NCBI GenBank assembly: GCA_951406725.2
Contig: OX597821.1
Coordinates: 113,770,001 to 113,834,000 of the forward strand
Source of the DNA: Octopus vulgaris
Taxonomy: Eukaryota
Direction of reading: 5' to 3'
Length of the DNA stretch: 64,000 nucleotides
Each line of letters begins with the position of its first letter. Position 1 is the stretch's first letter. Below the pieces are notes generated by a model. It had not been told where the DNA came from and searched no databases. It saw only the letters and a program-made list of their open reading frames with translations. Below are positions 41,480 through 54,689 of the stretch, one piece after another. A program made the translations under genes and the position numbers.

Positions 41480-41760
41480 GAAAGACATCTACCGAGTTCT
41501 GTTGCTCAATGTAGAAACAAAAGTACATAACCATCGACAGATACTGCAGTAAAGATGTCACCTCATAGGAGCTGCAGTGAGATTAACAAGTTCGGACCTT
41601 CTTGCTGTTCTGTAGCATTGGTACGACAGAGGGAACATTCAAGGAAAGATTTTACGATCCTAGCACTTCTTTAAGCCATACTCGATAAATGGAATGTAGT
41701 CAGGCTTTCGAGTTATATCAAGTCGTTAGAAGAAATACCTATGACTTATATTTTATGAGA
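41480..41760 (+). mobile_element. Possible decayed PLE GIY-YIG endonuclease fragment
   Basis: SIGTTEGTFKERFY resembles the YIG.T...FK.R motif. Confidence 0.4.
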
Positions 41761-43065
41761 GTGCATTGAAAAATCTAGGCCTTTTTTAAATGTTATAAAA
41801 ATGCGGCCTTTACTTCACATGCCTATTTCCCCTTTTATCAAAGCCTTAAAAATTTTCAACAGTTATTTCCCTTCGACCCTAAAACATGATTTTGGGAAAT
41901 AGTTCCTTCCCATCTTTTGCTGAAAACTAATAACTTGAAATGTGTAACATGTTTTAGTATTTTGAAACAGGAATTTTTAATTGTGGTGTATATATATATA
42001 TATATACACACACACACAACGCACACACATACAACACATGCATACACACAACACACACACATTTATTTATTTATATATCAAAATAAGCAACAGGATATCA
42101 AGTAGTGATGCAGTTTCAAGCGGCACTATTTAGTTGAACAATGCAATCATTTAATCAATTTAAATGCTGTGCCATCTTCAGCTACACAAAATAAATAAAT
42201 AGAATTTTAACAAGTAGGACACAGTAATATAATTTTTCAGAGCAAGAAGATGGAAGACATTCATGTTGTCACTATTGTAGCTAAGAATATACTACAATTC
42301 CAAGAATCGTATGAAGCCTATTGGAATCATAGTGTTGTAAGGGATTGCAATTCATTTCTAATTAATTTATCTCTTTTTATCAACTACTAAATCTAAGACT
42401 AGATTTAATTGACAGCTCATGGCTAGGTATGGTCATAAATATTGTCATATGTGTTCCTTTTCCTCAGGGAGGAAATAAGACATTAGGAGTAGTCTTATAA
42501 GTGGATATAAGTAACTGTTTATAAAAAGAGGCAGGGTAGGGGATGACTTTAAATCATGTTGTTAATTACCAGTAAAAGGGGAAAGACGCTAAGAAACCTA
42601 TAGAAACAGGAAATTTTATTTTGGGACCCGATGGGTAATTGTTTATAAACAATATTGTTATGTTGTATAAAAATAAAATTTAAGATTATCATAACCAAAA
42701 CAGGTAAAATGTGTGTATATATAAATTATCAACACTAAAAAAAGATTACATAGAATCACTTTAAAATTCATTCAAGTACTTAATTAATTACTTGTCAAAC
42801 CACGACTTAATTACTTATTAAGCCATGAATCAGAAAAAATAAAAATGTATACAGATACACACACATTTATATATGAAAATGCACTACATTTAAATTTGTA
42901 ACGACTGCATTGTTCAAATAAATGGAGCCGCTTGAAACGGTCGTACTGCATCACAACTTGATATCTTATTGCTTATTTCGATTTTATTCATCTTACTTCG
43001 AGCTGTGCGGATAATACCGGACTGACTTGATACTTCAACTTAAGTACCTAATTCAACTAAATCTC

Positions 43066-43163
<98 letters not shown>

Positions 43164-43382
43164 TGTATGTATGTATGTATATAAATTACCACTATAAACG
43201 TTATCGTGTGTATACTTCATTTTGATGAATGTAACTTCCTTGTCATTTCGTAAGTAACAGCGAGGGAGAGAGCTGCTTGAAAGACTGTAGACGGGAAAAA
43301 TTGAATAGTAGCGCTCAGGTTACATATATACTTTATAGCATGCACCTAGTACTATCCATCTTTTTTGCTTACAAACTGTAAG

Positions 43383-43422
<40 letters not shown>

Positions 43423-43474
43423 CATACATGCATACATACAAATGTATATGTATGTATATGTATATACATGTATG

Positions 43475-43508
<34 letters not shown>

Positions 43509-43668
43509 TGGATAGATGGATCGATCGATCGATCGATTACATCATTAGAACTTAGAAACTTCGAGAAACGTGAAAGAATTAGCTCTCAGCGGTGGAGCTC
43601 GAAGTAGATAAAGCTATGAAGAATAGCATGCAGAATATTGGGTTAAAAATCGCTTACGATAAAGACTG

Positions 43669-43767
<99 letters not shown>

Positions 43768-44332
43768 CGCCACCCATATTATTTATAATTTTCACCCTTT
43801 TACCGTTTATGAAATCAGCGTATGATTTCAACGGAAATCTTATAATCTGACAAGGCGAGCTTAGTTTAATCCTAGGCGCGGTGAGAGCAACTGATGAACA
43901 TTATGATATATAAACATCATAATGCAGGATCATCGATAATCTGGCTACATCTGCTGCTGTAGAGAGCTTGTCACCCTTGTCAGTGATTAAGTTTGTGCGT
44001 TCTGTGGCTATTCAGTTGTATTGACTCTTATTTCTAGCAATACTGGCGCTGATTAGTGACCTGTAGTATATATATATATATGTACTTTGACCTTCCATAA
44101 ATCCCAAGTTTTTTTTAGGTATTGGTGGGAGTAACTGCCTTCGAAGGATTGTATTGTCGTTCAATGCTCGAAATGAAGAGTAGATAGGCAGCCGACAACT
44201 GATGAAGGGTCGTTCTTTATGTTACTTGACCTGCTTTCCATTTGTGTCTCTCTCGTTGTTTGCGTAGTCAACTCATTTGTTTTTCGTATTTCACGTTGCT
44301 TACTGTTTGTATATATATGCATGCACATATAT

Positions 44333-44677
44333 GGTGGTGACCCCCTTCGGTCAGACACTGACCATGGGTTTGCACCTAGAGAGTTACCCTCTAAAGCACA
44401 AGTCTGGGCAAGGTTGTTTATGGAAGACCAGCAGTCACCCATGCATACCGGCCTCCCCTCTCCACGTCACCGATGTTGTCCAAGGGAAAGGCAAAGGGGC
44501 CGATACAGCTTGGCACCTGTGACGTCGCAACTCATTTCTACATCTGAGTGAATTGGAGCAACGTGAAATAAAGTTTTCTTGCTCAAGAACACAACACGCA
44601 GCCCGGTCCGGGATTCGAGCTCACAACCTCACGATCGTAAGCTCGACGCTCTAACCACTGAGCCACGCGCCTTCACA
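44333..44677 (-). mobile_element. tRNA-derived SINE with V-like core and RTE-type tail
   Basis: tggctcagtggttagagc A box, ctcgaatccc B box, gtgttcttgagcaag core; tail ggtgcaaacccatggtcag...gaccgaagg resembles the RTE end at 21060-21100; related copy at 21643-21890. Confidence 0.7.
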
Positions 44678-44701
44678 TATATATACATACATATACATAC
44701 G

Positions 44702-44739
<38 letters not shown>

Positions 44740-45121
44740 TGTATGTAGGTATGTTTATTAACGAAGCGGAAGATTAGTGTGAAGCTGGATTTTCATAACA
44801 CTTTCTCGAGTATTGTTTGTAAACTTCGTTAAAATTTTGATTTCATAAATGTTGCTCTACTTCAGTAATTTAATCGTTAAAATAATTAAAGATTGAATAG
44901 AGCATATGTTTCTAGAAGGATATATTCCTGAATTTTTTTTTTGGTTTTTTTTAATGGTTTTTTAATGGTTTTTTAATGGTTAAGCTTAAATTAAAACTAC
45001 TGTCAATTTGTATCTTTTCCTGTAGCGTTTGTGTGGGCGTTAAACGGGATTAAAGAGAGGTTTCGAATTGAAAAGTAGCACTAGAAGCGGGTTATTATAG
45101 AAATGGCAAAATCGTTGTTGT

Positions 45122-45267
45122 TGGGCGGGTTGGGGGAGTATTCATTATGGATAATAAGGTAGGTTAGTGGGCGGGTTGGGGGAGTATTCATTATGGATAA
45201 TAAGGTAGGTTAGTGGGCGGGTTGGGGGAGTATTCATTATGGATAATAAGGTAGGTTAGTGGCCGGG
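45122..45267 (+). repeat. G-rich minisatellite, 3 x 46 bp
   Basis: tgggcgggttgggggagtattcattatggataataaggtaggttag at 45122, 45168 and 45214. Confidence 0.9.
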
Positions 45268-45332
45268 CTGAAGGACGTGCAATAAAAATAAAAACGGAGT
45301 AGTACTTGATACATCTGCACGTCTTTCCATAC

Positions 45333-45386
45333 CGTATCTCCCTTCCCGGAGACAACACCTGGTGGGCCTGGTGGACCTTCGGGACC
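45333..45386 (-). CDS. Collagen exon (54 bp): GPEGPPGPPGVVSGKGDT, with a Gly-X-Y interruption or helix end
   Basis: tttcag acceptor; a gtatgg donor gives exactly 54 bp; GPP-GPP followed by GVV-SGK-GDT. Confidence 0.8.
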
Positions 45387-46064
45387 CTGAAATTGGAAAA
45401 CAAATAAGCATGTTTGTAAGATAAATTCATGACATATAATTTATGCAAATTAATTACGTTTTGTATGTAGAATTATTGATACGAAATAAACTGGCACTGA
45501 GATATATATATATTGGTTCTGAAGAATGATAAACATGACATTAATTTCATTTGTTTCTCTCGAGCCCCAGAACTCATAAGACATGTTATCCGGTTTCCAT
45601 AGCATAGAAGTGACTGAGAGCACAGGATTCCACGTGAATGGGACCCATTGCAGGGTTCAAAGCCAGAAATTTTGAGGGGAAGGGGAAGTCGATTACACCG
45701 ACTCCAGGACTTGACTAATACTCTATTGTATCGACCCCTGAAAGGGTGAAAGGCTAAGTTAACCTCGGCGAGATATAAAGTCAGAACGTAAAGAGCCGGA
45801 AGAAATGTACTAAGCATTTTATCCGCCGTATCAACGATTCTTGCCAATTGCCGCTTTTCAGTAATTTAAAAACAGTTTACCATTTCGTTCTGTTTATTTT
45901 CTCAATTATGGAAGGCCTGACTCTTAGTTTCATCCTTCTGCAATTAATATAAGCATCAGTTACGTACAGTAATATATGTGACCGCCATAGTACCACTCTA
46001 TAGCAACAGTGCAGCCTTGTACTACTTTTAACACCGTTATAAGGGTTAGCAGAATATTCTTTTC

Positions 46065-47373
46065 TCCTCTAGGCACAAGGCCCGAAATTTCTGAGGAGGG
46101 GGCGAGTCGATTAGATCGACCCCAGTACGCAACTGGTACTTAATTTATCGACTCCGAAAGGATGAAAGGCAAAGTCGACTTCAGCGAAATTTGAACTCAG
46201 ACATAAAGACAGACGAAATACCTATTTCTTTACTGCCCACAAGGGGCTAAACACAGAGGGGACAAAGAAGGACAGACAAATGGATTAAGTCGATTACATT
46301 GACCCCAGTGCGTAGCTGGTACTTATTTAATCGACCCCGAAAGGATGAAAGGCAAAGTCGACCTCAGCGGAATTTGAACTCAGAACGTAGCGGCTGACGA
46401 AATACCTATTTCTTTACTACCCACAAGGGGCTAAACACAGAGAGGACAAACAAGGACAGACAAACGGATTAAGTCGATTACATCGATCCCAGTGCGCAAC
46501 TGGTACTTATTTAATCGACTCCGAAAGGATGAAAGGCAAAGTCGACCCCGGCGGAATTTGAACTCAGAACGTAGCGGCTGACGAAATACCTATTTCTTTA
46601 CTACCCACAAGGGGATAAACACAGAGAGGACAAACAAGGACAGACAAACGGATTAAGTCGATTACATCGATCCCAGTGCGCAACTGGTACTTATTTAATC
46701 GACTCCGAAAGGATGAAAGGCAAAGTCGACCCCGGCGGAATTTGAACTCAGAACGTAGCGGCTGACGAAATACCTATTTCTTTACTACCCACAAGGGGAT
46801 AAACACAGAGAGGACAAACAAGGACAGACAAACGGATTAAGTCGATTACATCGATCCCAGTGCGCAACTGGTACTTATTTAATCGACCCCGAAAGGATGA
46901 AAGGCAAAGTCGACCTCAGCGGAATTTGAACTCAGAACGTAGCGGCTGACGAAATACCTATTTCTTTACTACCCACAAGGGGATAAACACAGAGAGGACA
47001 AACAAGGACAGACAAACGGATTAAGTCGATTACATCGATCCCAGTGCGCAACTGGTACTTATTTAATCGACCCCGAAAGGATGAAAGGCAAAGTCGACCT
47101 CAGCGGAATTTGAACTCAGAACGTAGCGGCTGACGAAATACCTATTTCTTTACTACCCACAAGGGGATAAACACAGAGAGGACAAACAAGGACAGACAAA
47201 CGGATTAAGTCGATTACATCGACCCCAGTGCGAAACTGGTACTTTATTTATCGACCCCGAAAGGATGAAAGGCAAAGTCGACCACAGCTGAATTTGAACT
47301 CAGAACGTAACGGCAGACGAAATACGGCTAAGCATTTCGCCCGGCGTGCTAACGTTTCTGCCAGCTCGCCGCC
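46065..47373 (-). repeat. Concatemer of tRNA-derived SINE family A: about 7 units of 184 bp
   Basis: CAGAACGTA recurs at 46381, 46565, 46749, 46933, 47117 and 47301; single head with A box at about 47340-47373; core gcctttcatcctttcggggtcgat (Meta-SINE-like). Confidence 0.9.
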
Positions 47374-47589
47374 TTGGTTTAGCAGAGTATCAACATAATC
47401 GTTGGTGTCAATAAATAGCTTCGATATCAGGACAAAGTAATGAAAAATTAGTTTTGAATTAGTTTGAAAATCAAGCTGTATGCTGTTTCTCTTTTCTTTC
47501 CTCTTGATTCCAATCGCATTCGAATATTTCATCATCTCTGAACTCTTCTTGAATCCTTTGAGCTTGATCTTCTTTGGTCTTTATGTATG

Positions 47590-48580
47590 TGTCATCTCCA
47601 GGTGAAATCCAAGGCATTGCTGATCAACCATTGATAACAATGGAAACTTTCATCGCATAAACAATGAACTTGAATCAATATTTTTTAAGGCAGATTTCAT
47701 CATCTCTTAAGGACAACATACTTAACGGATACAAGACAACCACCTTGCTATATTATCACCATCGTCGTGTTTCTATGCACATACCGTCAAACTATAAAAC
47801 AACAATACAGTATATATCAATCACCATCATCAGCCTTATTGCATTATTAGTAAGTTGTGTGATATCCACAGCAGTTAAGGAAACTAAGAGAAATCAGGAA
47901 CCCGATTCCCTGTTATAACTGTTATGGATTCAAAACGCAGTAGGTCTTAAAATGAACCACACGAAAAGAAAATATATGCGGTCGGAAGACATAGCACAAG
48001 GCCGAACAGAGGTGGGAAGCAATGAAAACGAGGAGGGAAAGGAGTACGTCTACTTAGGGCACACAGTGAATATGCACCGAGATGTAGATCCGGAAATGTG
48101 AAAGAGAATAAGGGAGGGATGGAAGGCACTTAACTCAATAAAGGATGTGCTGCAGACAAAGAGAGACAACACTGTATGTGCCAGGTTCTTCAATGCCAGC
48201 ATCCTAGCTGCGCTCTTATACACGAGTGAGACGTAGGCTTCCCCGAAGAGGATGAAATATTGATTGGCTACAACGCAAAGAGCCATGGAAAAATCGATGC
48301 AATAATTTGAGAGATGATTCGAGAACGGAGCGAAGGGAATGATGTGATCGTAGAGTAGCGAAAGCACGAGTTTCGCTTGGCCGGACATGCTGCAAGGTTC
48401 ACAGACAACAGGTGGATCCATGCAGTTGCCGAGTGGCATTCAAGAAATCGGAAAAGGCCACTCGGAATGCCTGCACGACTATGTGAAGACGATTTAGTAG
48501 AGCGATTTGGATAATAAAGGAAAAGAATGGTGCAACCAAGAAAACATTTGAAGAGCATCGTGACCAGTGATGTATAACAG
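47590..48580 (+). mobile_element. Decayed RTE-clade LINE (RT C-terminal part)
   Basis: EYVYLGH, GWKALN, LLYTSET, LATTQRAMEK, GHAARFTDNRW and W..RNRKRPLG.P remnants with stops and frameshifts. Confidence 0.75.
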
Positions 48581-49041
48581 TACAGCATCTGATCCTCTGG
48601 TCGATAGTGCGATACTGTGATGTATATATCACAGTATTCCGTTGGCTTTCCTAACACGAAACTTCGAACACATCATTATTTTGTACACCGAATCGATTTG
48701 CTTCCTTTAAAGTATAAAATATAAAAATATAAGTTTTTGTTAGTTCATTCTTTGTATTATTCATATCCAGTTTCTCATGCAAAATTACTGATGAAAAATT
48801 CAAGAGGAAAGTAAACGAGAAGTGTTTTTTGGACCTTTCTTCCTCGTGTATATACCTTTCCTGAAGTTCCAGGGAAGGCACAACCTTAATTGGTATAGGG
48901 AAATCAAACTGGAATTTCCAGTTCACTGAGAATTTATCATCCATGCTGGCACGTAGATGGTTTCAATTAAGTCTTAGAGTTGCGGATTTGTGACACATAC
49001 ACTCACATGAGCGCGCGAACGCATAAACGCATACACAAACT

Positions 49042-49096
<55 letters not shown>

Positions 49097-49126
49097 GTGC
49101 TCTCTCTCTCTCTGTACACAGACACG

Positions 49127-49190
<64 letters not shown>

Positions 49191-49399
49191 AAATATCCCA
49201 GAACTCTAAGGCTTCATCACTGAAAACTTCTATGTATGCATTGGTCCTGAGTGTAGGCGGATTGTAAATTTTCGGTGAATTAAATGCGCGATTTAGTTTC
49301 AGTTCCTCCACTTAAGGATACGGAAGCTGTAGTTTTGTCAGTTGTTTTCAAAGTCACGCAACATTTGAAGTCATTTCAACCTAATTAAATTGCCAAGCA

Positions 49400-50040
49400 T
49401 ATAGAAACATCATCATTATCAGTTATCGTCTGCTTTCATCAGGTTGAATATCCTGGTACGCCATCTTGGTCTTCCTGTACTTTCCTTATATATCCACTGC
49501 ATTCTGAGTCAGTCCAGTTTTTGACATCCATCTACATAATCCTTGGTTTCCTCTTTTGCTTTTCACTTTACACATTTATTTTGCCTTTTATTTACAATCT
49601 CTGTTAATTATTTTTCAGAATTAAGTGTCTAAAATATTTAGTTTTTTCTTTTGGGTGGTTTCTAATTAATTTTTTTTTAGTTTTTGTCATTTTTAGTACT
49701 TCGTTGGTTTTTTCTGACGTCTTTAATATTCTCAAGAGTCTTCATCAAAAAGTCTTCTAATCTATTTGATAATAATTCTTTTGTTAATGGCCATGTTTCA
49801 GCTCCGCATAGCAGAGTGGATTGTTCATAAAATTTTAAAATTTTATATTTGTTGGATTCTTCTTCTTCTAATAAAGTAATATGAAGTATTAAGATAATAA
49901 AATCAAGTGTCTTTGAGATAAAATAAAACGCCTGTTGTGAGGTCAGATCTTCTAATCTTCGTGTTAATAGTCCTGGGATCCATCAATGTCGTCAGCGAAG
50001 GTCACCTAATATGTTCTTTAAATAGACTCATTTAACATCG
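49400..50040 (-). mobile_element. Decayed non-LTR retrotransposon RT fragment
   Basis: FADD motif near 49990 and STLLCGAETW near 49800 on the minus strand. Confidence 0.6.
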
Positions 50041-50427
50041 GTTGAGAGATAGTCTGGCATTTACGCTGTCACGCGTTATATGCACAGTAAGTGAATACAT
50101 GATGAATTCAAAATGATTTCATTAGTTTGAGCGACGCTGATATGATAACATAATCTGGTGCTGTGTTACTAGGGCTCTATCTCTCGCCCTGTAGAACATG
50201 ATTTGGCAGGATTCAGAATAAGTGTTGTATGCAAATTCATCGGTTCCTGAATATATTACTGGTACGTATTTCATCAATAACCAAAAAGATAAATGGTTGA
50301 AACCAACATTAGCGAAATATGAAGCTAGAAATGAGAGGGATGAAACAATACTGTAAGATATTGAATCCAAGTCTACCGATTCGAATAAATAATATGATGT
50401 AAGAGTTAATAAAACAGAAATACTTAC

Positions 50428-50481
50428 GATTTCCCCTCTTTCACCTTTTAATCCATTTGGTCCTATTCTTCCTGACTGGCC
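50428..50481 (-). CDS. Collagen exon (54 bp): GQSGRIGPNGLKGERGEI
   Basis: Six Gly-X-Y triplets (visible inside ORF 50122..50514), ttttttcag acceptor, gtaagt donor. Confidence 0.93.
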
Positions 50482-51358
50482 CTGAAAAAACATATTATTT
50501 ATATCAATGTACATACTAACAATAACAATAAAATCAGTCGTTACTCATCAGTATTCTTTATTGATAGAAAAATAAAGGTGAAATCTGATATATCTATCAA
50601 GACGTAACAAAAAAGGAGTCAGCGACTGGGAAAAGAGATGATCGTCTGCTTCGTTGAAAGTAAACAGAGAAATTCAAGAATTTGGATGAATTCGTCTGTG
50701 GCATGTTGGCTATGGGAGGAATCTTATGTTTCGGGTCTGACAATGTCGTCTAAGAGAAAACAGATTTTTTTTCCAACTGAATTGAAAACATCTCTCAGAT
50801 GAAAGTTCTTTGTGATGCGTTAGGTTTCTGTTCTTTCTTCATGTCACGTGTACTTAACAGATATATCTATTGTTATATATATAAAAAAAACCTTTCATAG
50901 ACCGACAAACATTTTCTGCTTGATTGTTTGTTGGATAATGATATTAAATATGATTTAATATCACTGTAATCTCATCAAAACCATCAAGATATTGCGATTA
51001 TACTATTAGTATTTTATAAGATACTATAGAAATATCCTAGCAATATTTGAGAAATATCCTTAAGTTACCAAATGATGGTTATTATAAAATAGATTAAATA
51101 AGAACAAAATGTTAATTAAATACAATATAGGATTCTTACATAATGCTGCATTTTGCATGTACACATGCGGACAAATTTTGTTTGTCAATATTGACGTTAA
51201 CATCATTAAATGCATGTAGTACTTACATCTAGAACGCAGAGTTTCTAAGCAACATTGGATATAAATTAATGCGATTTATTGCTACCATTCGTCGGCTGTC
51301 GAGTCCGGTATGTAAGTGGTCTATGTTTGCATTATATATTACATATGCACATACATAC

Positions 51359-51389
<31 letters not shown>

Positions 51390-51467
51390 TGTATGTATGT
51401 ATGTATGTATGTATGTATGTATGTATGTATGTATGTATGTATGTAGTAAATATATATGTATACTTAC

Positions 51468-51521
51468 ACGTGATCCTCTATGACCAGTGATTCCAGGTAG
51501 ACCTCTCGGTCCTTCAGGACC
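51468..51521 (-). CDS. Collagen exon (54 bp): GPEGPRGLPGITGHRGSR
   Basis: Six Gly-X-Y triplets, tttag acceptor, gtaagt donor. Confidence 0.93.
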
Positions 51522-51649
51522 CTAAATAAAGACGAAAGGAATAGAAATCAGTTATTTAAAAGGAATACGAGGTCTAATACCGTAACTAAAGGATTGTAAC
51601 CTTAAAAATATGAGAGACGATCTAAAATCTCAGTCCTTTATATACACAT

Positions 51650-52124
51650 GGGTGTGTGTATGTACACACACATACACACACATACGCACACATATACAAA
51701 CACATACAAACACACACACACATATATATATATATATACATATATATATACATATATACACACATATATATACATATATATATATACGTACATAAATATA
51801 TATACACATACATATACATATAAATTTGTACATACATATATATATATACATATCTATACATACCTACATACATATACATATATATACATGCATGAACACA
51901 CACACATATATATATAGATATATACATATATATATATATATACATATATACATATATATATATATACTTATATATACTTACATATATACACATATATACA
52001 TATACATATATATATATATATACGTACATATATACATATACATATATATATATATATATACGTACATATATACATATATATATACATACATATATATATA
52101 TATATACATATATATATACATACA

Positions 52125-52158
<34 letters not shown>

Positions 52159-52171
52159 CATATATATACAT

Positions 52172-52250
<79 letters not shown>

Positions 52251-52290
52251 TATATACATTCATGAACACACACAAACACACACATAGTTC
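51650..52290. repeat. Compound (TA)n/(TACA)n/(CA)n microsatellite, representative of dozens across the window
   Basis: Direct inspection; these tracts explain most IY/TH/VC-rich ORFs. Confidence 0.95.
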
Positions 52291-52374
52291 AAATTAACAG
52301 GAAACAAAAGATGAAGACAAAAGAGGAACAGCAAGCAGATGTGTTAGTTTAAAGCTCTGGAAAAATGGTAAAGT

Positions 52375-52410
52375 CTTTTACGTTTCGAGCCTACGCTCTT
52401 CGACAGAAAG
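52375..52410 (-). ncRNA. Minimal hammerhead-like motif (CUGUCGA core variant)
   Basis: CUUU-CUGUCGA-A-GAGC-GUAG-GCUC-GAAAC-GUA-AAAG, with perfect stems I and II. Confidence 0.55.
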
Positions 52411-53246
52411 GATTAAGAAGGAAAAAAAAATGAAGGAGAATGAAAAAGAAATGGAGCGGGAAAAATGCGTAGGGAATAATGGTTCAACATAATGAAATAG
52501 CTAGAAGAGGCTGAATGAAAGGGAGATAATGACGGTGACCCGGTCGAACGTATTTACTCACTCGTGCGCGCGTGTATATGAGAATGGTGTGTGTGAGTGT
52601 GTATATATGAATTGGAATGTGTGAATATGTTTGTCTGGGCGAGCTGAAAAATATGTAGATCTGTGTGTGTGTATGTGCGTAAGTGACTCAGTGCGCATAT
52701 TATGTGGGGTTATATGCTTACATGTAGTGGTATGTATGTGTGTGTACATATGGCTGTGTATACGTATATGTGCAGTTATCATGTGACTGTGCAAAACGCA
52801 TGGGCTTGCGCTTGTGTGTATGTGTACAAGTAACCCAGTGTGTGTGTTCTGTAGAGTGATGTGCGTTTTGGGTATTTATGTTTGTGCGTGTGTGCACGTA
52901 AGGACGTGTGTATATGTGTGAGTATTTGTATGGACGTGTGTATATGTACGAGGGTAACGCGTGTGTGTAGGGGGGTGCGTGCGTGCCTGTGCAAACGCAT
53001 GTACTTAGCAGTTGATGGATGCTTGTTCAGGTGGTGTGTGCACGTGGGCACGTGTTTGTGTGTCTGTGACCATATAGTGTGCATATGTATAGTCTATGTT
53101 TGTGGGCGAAAGTTATGTGTCTATGCGTGTTACGTGTGTGTGTATATATTTATTTCTTTATTGCCCACAGGGGGATAAATATAGAGGGGACAAACAAGGA
53201 CAGACAAAGGGATGAAGTCAATTACATTGACACCCAATGCACGTGG

Positions 53247-53600
53247 GCGAGAAGGGGAAGGAGCCAGGCTGGGAGGAAAGAAACTGTGGAACAAGAGGCC
53301 ACGCAGGTTATGCGCTCGTTTGAAGGAGGAAAGGGGTGGGTTAGGGAAGATGTACGAAATGGAAGGGTCGGACAGGAGTTGCTGGGTAAGGGTGAGTCGT
53401 GTTTGAGGAGTAAGAGCAGAAGCACAGTCTACAGATCGTGCCTGGGCAAGGGCAGTGTGAATAATGTTTGAGAGGATATCCACGAAGAGTGAAGTGACTG
53501 AGCCATGAGTTGAGACTGAGTCTCCATGGTCCTCACTGCAGAGCCTGCGTAGATGGAGTAACTGGGAGTAGGGGATGAAGAGATTGGTGTGAGTACGATG
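53247..53600 (-). mobile_element. Penelope-like element ORF fragment (RT-endonuclease linker)
   Basis: LLSDPSISYIFPNPPLSSFKRAHNLRGLL matches the PLE F..PP..F.R..NL..LL motif. Confidence 0.7.
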
Positions 53601-53604
53601 GATG

Positions 53605-53680
<76 letters not shown>

Positions 53681-53737
53681 TTGAGACATGTATAATGAGC
53701 TACTGAAATGCAAAGTAACGAATATATTTCAACTTAC

Positions 53738-53791
53738 AACTTCACCTTTCGTTCCTTGTTCACCTTTGGATCCCTCAATTCCATCTCTGCC
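53738..53791 (-). CDS. Collagen exon (54 bp): GRDGIEGSKGEQGTKGEV
   Basis: Six Gly-X-Y triplets, tttcag acceptor, gtaagt donor. Confidence 0.93.
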
Positions 53792-54689
53792 CTGAAATTA
53801 AAATATATCCATATATATATATATACAAAGACAAAAATATATGATCTCAAAATATGTTTAAATAAAAAAAAAGGTGTACGCATGGCAGTATGGGTAAGAA
53901 GTTCATTTCACAGCCACGTGGTTTCGGGTTCTGTCCTACTGCACGATACAGTGGTAAAGCCTCTTTAACTGTAGCTCAATATCGACGCCTTGCGAGCGAA
54001 TGAAAAAGGTAGCTTGAAATAGTTGGTATGTATTTAGAAACCCATCGTCTGTAAATCCATCAGTGTGTGTGTGTGTTGTGTGTGTGTGTGTGTGTTCGAC
54101 AGTACAATAAAGCAAGAGAACTAATTCATATGATAAATTATATAATCTATATACGTGTTTCACTAGCGAATATAAGTATGTTACCCAGTAATCGTTACTT
54201 AGACGATTGTATAATCACATTCCAAACGCCAGATCTGCACAATAAAATAGTAATTTAATCCCTTATATAAGAAGGGTAATTAAGCACAGGAAAAATGCAC
54301 ACACACACAAAGATGGATATACAGACGATGGGTTTCTAAATACATACCAACTATTTCAAACTATCAAATAATTTGATGACGTTCTATCGATTCTACTAAC
54401 TCGCCAAGTTAAGTCATGTTAATACAACAATATAAGGTTTGTTTAGTATATTTTGGGTCATAGCAAGACCTGATTTTTCAGTGATTTTACTTAAATCAAT
54501 TTGGAAGTTGTTTAACAGATTATTGGAAGAGTAACAGATTATTTGCTCCAAAGCCAGTCATTTGAGATCAAAAGGTATCCGTAGTTGTCACTGTGACTTA
54601 GTTTAGTTCCTTCTACTCTCAATGACGAGAAAATTTCATCTGGCACAGTCGAAAGTCCTGTCAATGAGTCTCCAATATCTTTCTTCATA

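Noticed and set aside
44160-44310. CTGATGAAGGGTC...GACC hammerhead-like start
   Set aside because: No GAAA follows the putative stem II
46065-47373. Regularly spaced repeats resembling a CRISPR array or a retrozyme array
   Set aside because: No unique spacers, eukaryotic context, units are SINE bodies; CTGACGA in the unit runs straight into AATAC with no stem II
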